64,000 bases of DNA from the human T2T-CHM13v2.0 reference genome, Homo sapiens. The stretch lies in NCBI RefSeq assembly GCF_009914755.1, contig NC_060947.1. One strand, 5' to 3'. Below are positions 43,244 to 56,986 of this stretch, piece by piece; the first letter of the stretch is position 1; every line of letters begins with the position of its first letter. Position numbers and translations under genes: made by a program. Below the pieces are notes generated by a model. It searched no databases. It saw nothing but the letters and a program-made list of their open reading frames with translations, and had not been told where the DNA came from.

Positions 43244-43577
43244 CAGGAGTTAGCAAATTACAGCCCACGAGATAAATCCAGCCTGCTGCATGTTTTCATG
43301 TGGCCCATATCCTAAGAATGATTTTTATATTTTTAAATGGTTAAAAAAATCAAAACAAGAATAATATTTTATAACACATAGAAATTATATGAAATTCAAA
43401 TTGCAGCATCCATATAAAAGTTTTATTGGCACATAACCAAGCTCATTTGTTTATGTATAGTCAATGGCTACTTTCATGTTATAAGAGCAGAGTTGTGTAA
43501 CTATGACAGAAACCATGTGGCCCACAAAGCATAAAATATTTACTAACTGGCCTTTAGAAAAAGTTTGCTGACCTCTA
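43244..43577. mobile_element. MER58B hAT-Charlie MITE
   Basis: Terminal inverted repeats caggagttagcaaatt / aagtttgctgacctcta; about 334 bp; degenerate 8-bp TSD ctttatat / atttatct. Confidence 0.9.
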
Positions 43578-44498
43578 ATTTATCTCAGAGAAGTACAGCC
43601 TGGTGAAATGCCCAGTTAATGCTGGTGGGGCTGGTGGCCTGTTCACTTACTCTAACTTTGTTCCTGCTAGATACCAGTGTGATGAGCAATCATTCAGGGT
43701 CAGTTTGTTTAGGAAGGGCCTACAAAATTCTGGCTTTTTCCATGGTTCCTTTTGTTTGTTTCAAGGTCTATTGTGATACCATGGCTGTTAGCAGTTTCTT
43801 GTGATAAAACATGGGCTTGAGACCTCTTCAACTGTCCTTGTAACTTTCAACTAATCATATCCATGGTGCAGCATGCAGTGACGAATAAAAGCAAATGACA
43901 AATATTTCAGTACCATTTTCCACAACTTTCTATGTGCTCCAATTTCTCCTTGTTCTCCTTGTTTTCCCCCTGCCCCAGCAATTTGGACTTGACATTTAAG
44001 CTTGATCTTCCAAGTATTGATCCTTAATATTCTCTATGGATTTTGCCTCATACTTGCCTTTATGTTCTTCCGCTCGTAGCTATCCTAGAGGAAGCTCTAG
44101 ACTGGCTTTGGCCCCAGGACTCAATCCTAGTACTGCCCTTCCTAAAGGACTCTCCCTTCCACCAGAGTCTGCCTTACCAGTTGGTTGTTTTTCCACTGTG
44201 CTCCCACTGTTGCTCCATGGTCATCTTCTCTCCTCTTTGCATGAACACACTCTGCACCCAGCTTCACTTTACCCCATCTCCTTCCTTTGAGCTCTTCTTT
44301 GCATCCACTCTTAATTAATGCTCTTCTCTCTTGACCAGAGCACTATATCAATGAAGAGAGGCCTCTTGGGCTTCTAAGGGTGCAGGAACCACATCTTTTG
44401 CCAGGAGACCCATCAATTTACTTACTTTAATTATAACAAGAACCGTAGTTATTACAACTTACATTTATTGAGCGTATATCTCTGTCTCTGATGGTGCT

Positions 44499-44879
44499 TG
44501 TATTAGGCTGGTAGAGCTGCCATAACAAAATACCACAGACTGGATGGCTTAAACAATAGAAATTTATTTTTCTCAGTTTGGGAAGCTGGAGTTCCAAGAT
44601 CAAGATGCTGGTAGGGTTGGTTTCTGGTAAGGCCTCTCTTCCTGGCTTGCAAATGGCTGCTTTCTTGCTGTGGACTCACATGGCCTTTTCTCTGTGCATG
44701 TACAATACTGGTGTCTCTTTGTCCTCTTATGAGGACTAGTCTGATTGGATTAGGGCTCCAACTTTATGACCTCATTTAACCTTAATTACCTCCCTAAAGG
44801 CCTTATGTACAAATACAGTCATATTGGGTGTTAGGGCTTCAACATATGAATTTTAGGGTACACAATTCAGGCCATAACA
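44499..44879 (-). mobile_element. MLT1A0-like solo LTR inserted in a MIR
   Basis: tgtattaggct...gctgccataacaaaataccacagactgg...gcttcaacatatgaatttt...cataaca; TSD gtgct/gtgca; MIR sequence on both flanks (about 44450-45075). Confidence 0.9.
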
Positions 44880-45597
44880 GTGCATTACAAACTTTACTTA
44901 CAATGTCTCATTTATTTCTCTCAACAGTTGCATGAGGTAGGTGGGTGCTCTTATCATTCCCATTTTACATATGCAGAAACTGAGATTCGTTTTGGACAAG
45001 GTTACATTTGTGGTACCTTTGGTAGATTTCATGCTGAATCTCAGGTCTGATGAAACCCACAGCTCACTCCTTTAATCTTTTCTGTATATGGCCTCTCAAA
45101 GATTACCTAGCTATTTTAAAGGATTTACAGAAGTTAACTCTAATTCACTGGATAACTCTTTTTCTTTCATTGGTTATGAACAACTTAGCGACCTCTAGGA
45201 CTATTTAGTCAGAAACCCTTGCTGCCCACATGATCTGCAAGGCCTATACTGCCTTAGGCTGATTGTGGAGGAGTCCTGGAAGACAGTGGAAGTCAATTCA
45301 ATGTAAGGATGTTAACACTGGGGCTGTAGCTGTGTGCAGGATTCTGTGGTTCGATTTTGTAGCATTCTGGTAAAAGGACTATTTGACAAGCTTCCATGAT
45401 TTTAAGTAAGAAGAAAAATGTGTGTGTGCGTTGTGAGGGAGTGAGGGTGGGTGGGTGAGTGTGTGTAAATGTGGCAGCAGGAAGGGTGGAAGGGGAATGA
45501 AAATGAAAAATAAATTAATATTTATGGAGCATCAATTATGTACTAGAAAATCTGCTTTGCTAAACTATAACATTTTGTTTCATCCTTGCTAGGCCTG

Positions 45598-46215
45598 CTT
45601 TTTTAATTAAAATTTTTATTGAGATAATTGTAGAGTCACATGCACTTGTAAGAAATAATAGAGAGACCCTGTATATTTATTTTGTGTTTGTGTGTGTGTA
45701 TATATGCATGTGTTTGTGTTTAGTTCTATACAATTTTATTATACATGTAGGTTTATATCCACAACCACTGTTAAGACCCAGAAGAAATAGTTTCATCAAG
45801 GCAAGGACACCTTATGTTCTCCTTTTATAACATGCTTACCTCCTTTCCTGTCGCAAACCCCAGCAACCATTAATCTGTCCTCCATTTCTAAAATTTTATC
45901 ATTTCAAAAATGTTTTATAACTGGAATCATACAGCATATAATATTTTGGAATTGACTTTTCTCGCTCAGAATAGGTCCCTGAAGAGTCATCCAAATTGCC
46001 GCATGTATCAATAATTCATTCTTTTTGTCAATAAGCAGTATTCCATGTATATACGTATCCCAGTTGGTTTAACCATTCTCTTTTTGATAGCTATCTAGGA
46101 TGATTCCAGTCTGTGCCTATTACTATTAAAGCTGCTATTGACATTCATGCACAGGATTTTGTGTGGATATAAGTTTTCATTTCTCTGGAACAAATGCCTG
46201 AGAGTATAATTGCAG
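45598..46215 (-). mobile_element. L1MC-type 3' end
   Basis: tttttattgagataattgtagagtcacatgcacttgtaagaaataata...aaagctgctattgacattcatgcacagg...ttttcatttctctggaacaaatgcc. Confidence 0.8.
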
Positions 46216-48294
46216 GATCCCTCTAGGTGAAGGAAGAGAGTTTGGGGCCCAGAGCGACAAAGAAACTTCTTGTATGGGGCCAATTGCTAGAGTTCCCTAT
46301 TGCTGGTTCTTTTCACCCACTTCAGCATCTCTCGGTGGGGTGAGGGAGTCTAAGGCATGACTGAAATGGAGAGCACTTCTCCTGGCTGCTTATTGTTGGT
46401 AGGGCTCCTTGTTGATCTCCCTTGCGGGAGTTGCCAGGTCAGGGGTAGGGAAACTCCAAGTCTGAGTTGCCTTCTCTTCCATTGAGTGGGGGCACATGAG
46501 ACACTGTGCTTCTGGGTTGTCCCTCCAGTGTTGTAGTCTCAGAGGGGTTCATCTTCGCATCACCTTTCAGATATCTCCTTTAGTTGTCTCTTTTATAATT
46601 TCAGGGGCTTAATGAGGAGAAGCAAGGCAAAAGGGGTCTATGGAGTCTTGCCTAGACAGGAAGTCTAAGTCTAAGTAAAGAGATAGGAAATTCAGGACAG
46701 AAAAAGTCTGAGCAATTGGCAATGGGTGTGTTCACTGTCCTTTATTGTCTAGTCAGAACAATGTTATAGAGCAGTGACCCTTACTGGTTTTAGCCTTTTG
46801 CATGTGACAGTTTTCCTAGTTTTCATATATCTAGATCACCATTCTCACACCTTTGATTATGGGGTGGACGTGGAGTGGGTAGGCAGACAATAGAAGGTTA
46901 ATCTTCACACTGGGCATCTGTTTCAAAGCCAAGATTCATGCCCCTTTTATAATTTCTTTGAGAACAGAAATGATTGGGTATGATAAGACCCAACCATAAC
47001 TCTATGGCCTTATTGAGGTGGATCAGTGGGCAGGTCATCCTTCCCTGTTCTTTAGAACCAACACTGAACATCAAGCTGGCACAAGCTTTGGACAAAAAAA
47101 CCTGTCAGAGGCGTTGCAAGCATTACATGTTCCATTTGTTGCGAGAGCATGAAAGTTTACCTTTCTGAGAAAGGAGCACTCAGAATTTTGTTGGACTAAT
47201 TTAATAAGTTACACAATTTTGTATGTCCGTCTTTTTCTTGAGAGACAGAAGACTAATAAATCTATGATAGAGGTCAGGGCACTTTCAGGTTCTATAGTAG
47301 AATTCGTGTAAGAATCTTGGGAACAATGATCGTAAGAGTATTATAAGGTAAGTATTATTTTCTCTATTTTACAGATGATGGAGCTCTATCTCAGCAAACA
47401 TAAGTGATTTAACCTCTGGTTAATAAGGGACAAGAGAATCCACCTACTTTGAATCCTAGTGATGATTCAAAAGCCCATGCTGTTCCTTCAATTTAGTTAA
47501 ACTTTTATTCAGTGTAATGTCTTGTGTTAAGATCCGAGGAAAAAATAAGGAGTCAGACATGGTCGCTACTTTCCAGGGAATCACAATCTAGTGGGTACCA
47601 CGGACTCTTTGCTTTAACTTTATTCACACCCCATCCCCAGCCTTTCTTGTTTTGTCCATCCAATAGTAATTAAAGCTAACCCCTTTACCTATCATATGCT
47701 GGCCTTAGCTAAGAAATGTCCCATTGTAAATTTTCAAATTCTGTGATTTTTTTTCTGTTTCTTTCTTCAATTTTCCTTTAGGTGAAAGTTACATTGATAC
47801 AGACACAAGCGAAAAATTTGATGGCCAATAGGGGACATGATCCATTTTCCAGTGTAAGGAATCTATTACTATCTTTTATATCTGATGTCTTAAAAACGAT
47901 AGCAATGATTGTGTTTCCGTTAAAAAAATCGTTTTTACATGATTTCCTTAATAAGTGACATAAATAGCGCTTATTTAAATGGGAGCTTAATGGGAAGCTT
48001 TCATAACAGATTAAATATTTCAATGTTCAAAAATGTAAATTTTATCCATAATAAGAAAAAAGTATTTCTTACTTTTTGCATCATCACTCTCTTACCCTGC
48101 TATGGTAAATATTTTGTCTCTTTTAACTTCATTTAGATGTGGCAGCAGGGAGAGAAGGAAGACTCCAACTATAAAACTTTTATAGTCAAGGACATCTAGT
48201 TAGAATCTTAGCTCTGCCATTCACTTGCTATATGACCTTAGGCAAGTGACATAGCCTTGCCGAACATTAGTGTCTTTATTAAGAAAAGGCATGG

Positions 48295-48960
<666 letters not shown>

Positions 48961-49199
48961 GGATCCATTTAGGTAAAGCTTAGTGGGGTATGTCTATGTA
49001 TTTTCACAGTCATTTTCTTGTGCAGTTGTTACTAGCCATCCTGATAGAATAATATAATCCTACTTCCCATGATGCTAATTTATCTCTCACTGTAACATGA
49101 AGGTTAAGGATCATATTGTGATATGAACTTGTCCTTTGGAACTTGGAAGCATGAGTATAAAGGTAGGTAGTGGAGGACAAGCAAATATAGGCAGCCAGA

Positions 49200-49682
49200 A
49201 ACTGATCTGTGAAAAATAATTATAAATATCACAGTGTATCTATGAAAGAAATTCGATAGAGATTTTTGTAAATTTGGCAATCCTAATAATGCACCTGTCA
49301 TTGTCAATAACAGGTTGTAAAGTGGAAAGAAACTTCCTAAACTATGGATTTTTAACAAATTTCCATCATTTGCGCTAGAAAAAAGGCTGAATTATCTTTC
49401 TGTTTTCCGTATAGAAAATATTATAAAAGATTAAGGAATATGCAGTCAAAATGTAGAAAATAATGTACAATACAGGTGTATCAGGCAGTTAATTCATCAA
49501 AAATATTAGTTAATTTTTAGAAATGTTCATGGTATCTGCCAGGTTTTAAAGATTTTGTAATTTGTTGTGTTTTCTCATTCTAAATAAAAATTAACTTTTG
49601 CAGTTGATTTTGTATGTATCTTCTAAAATGGCTCCCCAGAATTGTTCAAATTTTAGGTACAATAAAACCTAGAAGAGCTCAG
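49200..49682 (+). mobile_element. hAT (Tip100/Zaphod-like) transposase 3' relic
   Basis: Partial translation gives LSITGCKVERNFLKL and LEKRLNYLSVFRIEN, resembling the hAT C-terminal dimerisation motif (T.C..ER.FS.L....RL..LS.L.IE). Confidence 0.65.
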
Positions 49683-51413
49683 GCCCTCTCCCGAATGCTC
49701 TGTGGTTCAGGCATGCTCTCTTGGGAGTGAGTGAAAGGACAGTTTCTCATATGCATAAAGGGGAGCTGCCTCAGGAGACAGAGCTCTTCAACAATGACAA
49801 GAAGTCAGTTTTATTTACAACTCGGCAAAGCTGGCAACACAGAGCAGTTGCTCTCCAGCTACTTGTCTGGGGTATCTTCCTGAACTTGGTGCTTCTCCCA
49901 AGTGTGGCCAAAAAACCAAATACTTATGGTGATTTGTTGAATGAGGGATGTGCAGTGCATTCATCCATTCTTTGCACATGCTCATCTCTTTCCCTGGACC
50001 AAGGTAGACCATCAGAGATGTGTGTGGATGTCCTTGGCAAATTGCTCTTCCTGGGTTATATTTATATGGTGGCACCAAGGGGAGTGTAAGAAACTTCCCT
50101 TTGAACCTGTTTCTGTATTTACTGTAGGGATGCTGTTGAGGAAGTTGTCCATTATATTCCTGTTTATGAGAATCCAGGGGAGACATTTCTCTCTGGCTCT
50201 TTTGAGTATCAAGTCTGATTTTTATTGTATGGATGTTGTAAGACATGTGCCTGGTTTTGTCTCTCACATCTCACATCTCTAGTGAAACAATGAGGACTTA
50301 GAACACGCATTTGGGGTATCAATATAACCCCTGGCTCTATCTCAACTACTTTTATTTTCTCCTTTACCCTGCTTTTCTTCTTTGCTTCTTATTAGTTTTT
50401 ATCTTATATAATTAAATGTATTTATGTAAGCCACCCTAAAATCAGTATGCAACAATGTGGCCAGAAATAAATAATCATTTAAAAACCATGTTAAGTGATT
50501 AAAAAAACAATAAAACATCTAAAGCACATTTCCCCTCAAGGCATTATTAATTACCTGATATTTCTGCACAGGCCTTTTGCGAACAGGTCAGAACCATATT
50601 TAGTGAAAAAGGATCCAGGTTTTATTAATGAAACTTTAGATATTTTCAGCAGAAAAGAAAAAAATATTTTTTTCCCCATTCACTTTTTTCTTTTCCCCTT
50701 TGCATTATATTGTTCATTTAAGGGTACAGAGGTTCTCTGAAGCCCCCAGTTCTTTTTTATTTAAGTAGATTTAGTCAAATTACACATAACAAAGACGACA
50801 AAGGCCTTTCTAATCTTCAGTGCTTTCTGCTCCTGGGAAAACTCAGGCCTTGTGTTCTTGTTTCCCTTTCCTGAGTCAGCGCTTGGCTAGTCCAAGGCTA
50901 TGGGGCTCCAGGTCAGACAGTTAGAAATAAGCATAGAGAGATAGAAAAAACAACAGCCCATAGTTTAAATTTGAAAAGGAGCCTTGCTCTTTAGGTGGCA
51001 GCATAACTTTGTTGTTAACACAATTCTGGAGAGAAGGACTAGGGCTATGGGATGTCAAGAACATGAAAAACATGGTGTTTCTTTAACCCCACTTAAATTA
51101 ATTGTGATGCTAAACTACAGAGTGGGATAATACCCCTCTGGCTGAAGAGATACCGAAAATATATAGGTAAGATTATAAAGTACTAAGGTTATTTTATGTA
51201 CCTGAGTCTGAATCCCTGTTTCTTATTCTCCAAGGAAAAGTTTTCTAGTCTTTTGCTGATAGTGACATAAGCTTTATAAGTCTTTTAATTCTGATAGTCT
51301 TATTTTTTTTTCCATGTTTGTTTTTAGCCCTGGTGAAAATAGTCTCTAGTTAATGGTTAATATAGTTTTTAGATTACTTCCAACTAAGATATAATTTGAT
51401 TATTTTTTTCCTT

Positions 51414-52355
51414 TGTAGGACAGGAAAAGGTGCAGTAACCTTTCTTACCCATCATAAAAATCACAGCCAACACTCTTGTAACAAAAGATAGGTTAACAAG
51501 AGAAAAGCATAACAAATGTATTTAATCAAAATTTTACATAACAAGGAAGCCTTCAGAAATGAAGACACAAAGACTCAGGGAAAATTGTCTACTTTTATTC
51601 TTAGTTTTCATGAAGAATGGACAACCATGTAGAAATATGATTCCACACAAAAAATGTATGATCTAATGGCAATAGACGGAGTGGGAAACCCATTAAGTCC
51701 TGCTTGTTTGGCTTCTCCTTGACCTCTGTGTAGCATTCCTTTCTCCCAGGTATGGGGCAGGACCCCTCTGGAATAAGGATCTTATGACCTGCTATCAGAC
51801 AAGGTAGGTCAGAGAATTTCTTTATGGCCAGCTCCTACTGTTGTGCCAGACCTACTGACTCCAATAGGGATAGCACCATGTCCTAGAAGCGGAAGAAGAG
51901 AGGAGACCCGGAACCAGCAGATGACACATAGGGTTTACTGAGGACTTACATATGGGGCAGTACAGTGGTGGTGGGCTGGACTGAAAACCTGCTACCACCC
52001 TCCACCTAACAACCTCCATATAACCCAAAACAAAGGACCTTAATCCCCTATATGGCCTGCATTCCAAGGCATGGGCCAGGGGGTCATATGTCCTTCATAG
52101 ACAAGGAGCGAATCTCTAGGTTTGCCACTCCTGGATTTCTTAGCTCAGAACTCCAAACACACATTCTTCTTAGACTTGAGGGTCTTTCTCAGGGTATGCT
52201 TAAGTTATTGCTGTCAGATGCATCTGCTATACACCTACACAGAAAGGTGGGGGATAGAGTGGCTTTGCTTCTGAGGCATTCCAATCTCCTTTAGTTCAAA
52301 GTACTCAGCACACTAAAGTGCCATAATTTGGCATGTCATTTTCTGAGCCCTGACA
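51414..52355 (-). mobile_element. ERV1 LTR (MER31-like), split by a nested LTR
   Basis: TG...CA termini; the reverse strand starts tgtcagggctcagaaaatgac; perfect 4-bp TSD CCTT at 51410-51413 and 52356-52359. Confidence 0.82.
51839..52233. mobile_element. ERVL solo LTR (LTR47-like) nested in the ERV1 LTR
   Basis: tgttgtgccagacc...gcatctgctataca termini; perfect 5-bp TSD CCTAC at 51834-51838 and 52234-52238. Confidence 0.8.
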
Positions 52356-53551
52356 CCTTCATTACTGTTATTGCCAAAATTTCTTGCCTCATCAACATGG
52401 CCAATTTTTAATTACATAGCTACATTAGATTCACCTTGTAATTTATTTTTGACCTGGTGGCCATCTGATTTAGAGTTTAGGTAGTAATATTTTATTTCAG
52501 GATTTATGAATCAGTTTTCTATTTGTCATCTCCCTGACTGTCGAAGTTCTTATGACCTTGACATGGCATTATTTTATGTACTTCCCCAGGCTGAAACTCC
52601 ATCTTATACACCATTCTCCACTTTATGATTTCCTGTCTGTTTCTATATCCTGTCTACTGGCCATTCACAGGAACACTTCAAATCAATGTTCGCTTTGTGG
52701 ACCTATGCAAATTACCATCCCATTTTCTTGACAATCTCTGCTCATGCAGCACCCATTCATGATGGTTTCTTGTCTGCCTTTTCCTGGGCTGCCTTAGAGC
52801 TTTTCCAAGTTCACATCCTATATTAAATAAAAGGAATATAAAATTAAAATCCCAATACAAATCATCCAAACTAAACATCTACCAATGAACTTGCAGGACT
52901 GTTTTACTTAGAGTATCATTTCTGCTTCAGGATCGCTCCATCTTTGATTCATTAAATGTGTTTAAGCAATAATTGCTACATTAGAATCTTTTCCTTTTGG
53001 TTGCTCTGTTGTAAGGCTCTAGAAGTTATGTACACTATGTGTAAATCATGCTGCACATGCATTCTCTTTCTTTACCCCAATCCCCATAATCTCAGTGTAC
53101 CACATTAACAAAAGCATCCTAAAAAGGAATCCAAGAAAAATGTTACACATCATTTGATCAGTAAAGACCGTATTATACAGTCAAAGGGACATTAAAACAA
53201 ACAACAGCAATGCTTAACATGCTGAGCACTTACAAGGTGCTAGGCATGTACAAAGCAATTTGCATATAGTTTAACTAATCTAATAACAACCTTAAAAGTG
53301 TGTAATTATAGAAATACAGAAACATATGGTTCTTGTTCTCCACTCTAGAGGGGAAAAGGCCAGCTGGCTGGCTCCTAGAGGAATTCACTACCTTTGTGAA
53401 TTTCTTGAGAACCAGGACCTGGCTCTCAGTCTCATAGCCCTAAACACCTGATCAGCTTAGTGAATGTGGATTCATCTCTCAGGGGTGAATCATAAGCCAA
53501 GAAGGAATCACCATCAGACAAACCCAGTACTCAAACCCACATGCTCAGCAT

Positions 53552-54078
53552 ATGCATCAGTCAGGGGCTCAACAGGAGACAGATGGCATGCTGAAATTAG
53601 GATATTTGAGGGAGGGCTTAATAAAGGGAGTTATTTATTAATAATACAAAAGTGTGGGCAGGATTAGAAAAACCATACAGGATAGTATGGAACTGAAAGC
53701 TAGTAAAAATTTCTCTGTTTCCACCTAGGCTTAAGAATGGTAGCCCATTCTCTAGGCCTAAAGGAAAGAGGAGAGGAAGCAGTTTCAATGAGAGAGTCTT
53801 GGGGTGAGAGGGCCACCTTGACAAGAGCTGCAATCTTTAGTCAAAGAATTCAGCCAGCCCAAAGCAACCTTACAGGGAGGGAATTGTGAGAATTAATGGC
53901 CTGAAATCACTTTTCGTCTCCAGCCACGAGGTAGGGCTTTCTATTGGTGAAGTCCAACAAGAAGCCACAAGGCAAGACTTTTTTTAAGGCAGTCTATACA
54001 GGTCAGCTTCCTGGAGTAAAGGGCAGGGTAGAAAGGGTAGAGGGTAAATATGGACAGGCAAAGGGAAGTCTTTCAGCA
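53552..54078 (-). mobile_element. Ancient ERVL-class LTR (LTR78/79-like)
   Basis: tgcatcagtcagggg...caggagacagatggca...taataaaggg and caggtcagcttcctgg...gggcagggtagaaaggg. Confidence 0.5.
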
Positions 54079-54332
54079 TTGAATATCTTCTCCTTAAGCC
54101 AAACCTGGGTCAGAACCCACTTCACAAATTCATCATGAATAATTACCACATTAGGGGTAGGAATCCTTAAAGTTAATGTAGTCGGCCCATTGCCCACTAT
54201 AGGCAGACTATGTGAGAGGCCAGATCATATTTAGAAATTTATTGGCAAGCATGGACTCAAGGGAAACTAGGAGAATGGAGTGATTTATGATGTCAACCCC
54301 TGGGGACTGGAATGCTAAAAGCTATAAAGCCC

Positions 54333-54791
54333 TGTGGTGTCTATTGCTACATAACAAACTACTATAAAACTTAGTGACTTAAAACAATAAACAAGTATTT
54401 TTAATAATTCCGTGGGCTATCTGGGTGTTTTTTTTGGGGTCTGGCAACTTCTTTGAGGCTGGATGGTCTAGGATGGCCTCACTTAGAGGTATGAGGCCTC
54501 AGGTAGGATGGTTGGACAGCTGAGGACTCTCTACATGTAGGTTCTCATTCTCCAGGAGATTGGCCCAGGCCTGTTCGTGTGATGTAGGAATAATTCGCAG
54601 AAGCAGAGAAGGTAACCCCACTATGTGAGCACTATTCAAACCTCTGCTTATTTATATTTGCTAATATCCCATTGGCCAAAGCAAATCACATGGCCAAACC
54701 CAGATACACGGGTGGAGGAACAGACTCCACCTCTTGATGAGAGGACCTTCAAAATATTGTGGCTTTTTTTTTTTTTTTCCAATTTACCACA
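54333..54791 (-). mobile_element. MLT1 (G/H/K-like) LTR
   Basis: tctattgctacataacaaactac...cttagtgacttaaaacaa...cccattggccaaagcaaatcacatggccaa...actccacctcttgatg...tttaccaca. Confidence 0.8.
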
Positions 54792-55199
54792 CCTGTAACT
54801 CCACATTAGCAATGGTCTATCCTGTTGAACAGGAAACACTCAAAGTTTCTTCGCTTATACTCTTTCTCCCTAACCCAGTGCTTAGGCAATTGTATTTTGT
54901 GATGTTCTGCTATGTTTCTATGGTTGATTACAACCCCTACTGTGATTGCAGTTGCTACCAGTTCTTACAGCCATTCTGTGTTTTGAGAGCTATTGGGCCA
55001 TGAGTCATTGTGTTGATGCTTAAGCTTAATTCTCAAACATAATTTTATTTTCCTTGTTTCTGATTTTTAGGAGACTCTTACATTTAGTCCCCAAGTATTA
55101 ATAATATGCATTATTATTCTCATTTTACATATTGTGGGATTAGGAACACAGACCGTAGAGGTTGGATCAGAATCCTAGTCTAATAGAATCCACAGCCTG

Positions 55200-55200
<1 letters not shown>

Positions 55201-55262
<62 letters not shown>
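55201..55262. repeat. Compound (TC)13(TA)n microsatellite
   Basis: Seen directly. Confidence 0.95.
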
Positions 55263-56945
55263 CAGTTGCTTCTTAAAATTTACGTGAAAACACTTTCTAA
55301 ATATAAAGGAGCATTGTCATCATCATCACTCTTATTAGGATTGTCAGTATTATTGAGAGTAGAGCCCCCCCGCCAGTCCACAGTGAGGTAACAGCATTAC
55401 AGCAGACAATTTCATCCTTCTTTTTTTTTTCTCCTGAGCCAGCAATAAGCACTTCATAAAACTTACATAAAAATCAGTCTTGATTAGAAGGTTCTGAGTT
55501 AATGGTTTTCCATTCTATTAAATTGCCACTTATTCTTTTAAATTAGCTGTCATTTCAATAGGGAAGCCAATTGGTTGAGCAACCAGGCTATAGGGTGTAC
55601 AGATTAAGCCATCTGTAGAGCAAGCATGTTTCATGCTCCCATTATATTCCATATAAAGGACAAGAACAGGCCCATAGTTTGCTGAATACTTAGTCCCTGC
55701 GTTCCAGAGAATTACTGTCCAGTTTAGGGCCATCAAATTAAATTTCATTATGAGTTACCTGAGTCAATATTCCTCTATATTCAAATAAATTGTAGGTCTC
55801 TTAGTGGCAGGAATTGAGATGTATACTTCTTTTGTGTAGCACCTAACACATAAGGCACATATTAAGTGTCTGAGAATATTGTTGATTGATGTATTGACTG
55901 AAGGCTGAGAGAAGTTATGAGTAGGGGTTGATGGGGAATAGTGGCTCCTTCTATAAAATACTATTGGGTAAACATTAATCCTTTGGATCAGGAAAGAATT
56001 AGGTTTGCCTGCACTAATGGATGCCCAAATCAGAGTAGCTTGCAAAATATAGGGAGTTTACTTTTATTTCACATACCATTAAATTTAGCAGTAGACAATA
56101 AAGAGGTGTGGAGGCTTTGTGGATGACATCAGTGACACCATCTCCTTGGGTTTTTCTGCTGCATCATCTCAAGCACAAGTATTTACAACATGCATTATCA
56201 ATTTATCAGCATCTTACAACGCATATTTTGGGAAATGTTAATCTAAATGAAATCTTTCATTTTGCAAAATCAACAGAATTTAATTCAGCAAATATTTATT
56301 GAACAAACACTATATGTCAAAAAACTGTTTTTGAAGCCCAGGAAAAGGATAGAGAAGGAAATCAAGATCCTAAGAGGTGAAGCAACTTGAAAGTTGACAC
56401 ATCAAATGAATGGACTGAGACAAGGCTAGAGTCTGAAGCATGTTCCCTTCTTTTAACAAACATGACCAAGCCTCAAAGAATTACACAGGGCAGGCTTTCA
56501 GGCGTTATTATAATAATTCTCCCTTTTCAGGTTAGTAAATGTGGCTCAGAGATAGTGAGTAACTTGCCCTAGGTCACCCAACTATCCAGATATTGAACAG
56601 AAACTTTTTCCTGACTCATGTGACCCCAGATTTCTTAATTTTTTACTATAGCATGTTTGTTGTTTTCCTATTTCATCTTTGACACAGCAAAATATAGAAA
56701 CTGCTTCAGGTATGGGAGGTGGCAGGCTTAAAGGAGTTCAGTTCTTAAGTTTCAGGTTAGTTCCTTGTCCTAGCAGGGAGCTCATGCAGGAACATGGAAA
56801 CAGAGGCTTAGACATTCATGAGGTCAGTGAGCTGGCCATCTTTGATGGCAGTTGGCCCACACATTAGGCTGTACCCTGCCCATCTGAGGTTACTGCAGAA
56901 GCCAGATGTGTTAGTGTCAGACTATTTCAACATTCCTATTGTCGA

Positions 56946-56986
56946 GACAGAGAGAGAAAGAAAGAGAGAGAGAGAGAGAGAGAGAG
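56946..56986. repeat. (GA)n microsatellite
   Basis: agagagagaaagaaagagagagagagagagagagagag seen directly. Confidence 0.9.

Noticed and set aside
47746-47781. Strong polypyrimidine tract plus AG as a splice acceptor (similar ones near 35835, 51418 and 55070)
   Set aside because: No convincing paired donor or reading frame; such tracts are common in AT-rich DNA.
50985-51005. CTCF-like half motif taggtggcagca (another near 14060)
   Set aside because: The 5' half of the core consensus does not match; not supportable without ChIP data.
50872-56618. Cluster of AP-1/ARE-like TGASTCA motifs (50872, 55001, 55760, 56612)
   Set aside because: A 7-mer with one degenerate position is expected about once per 8 kb. 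The window total is near expectation and the sites are spread over 6 kb.
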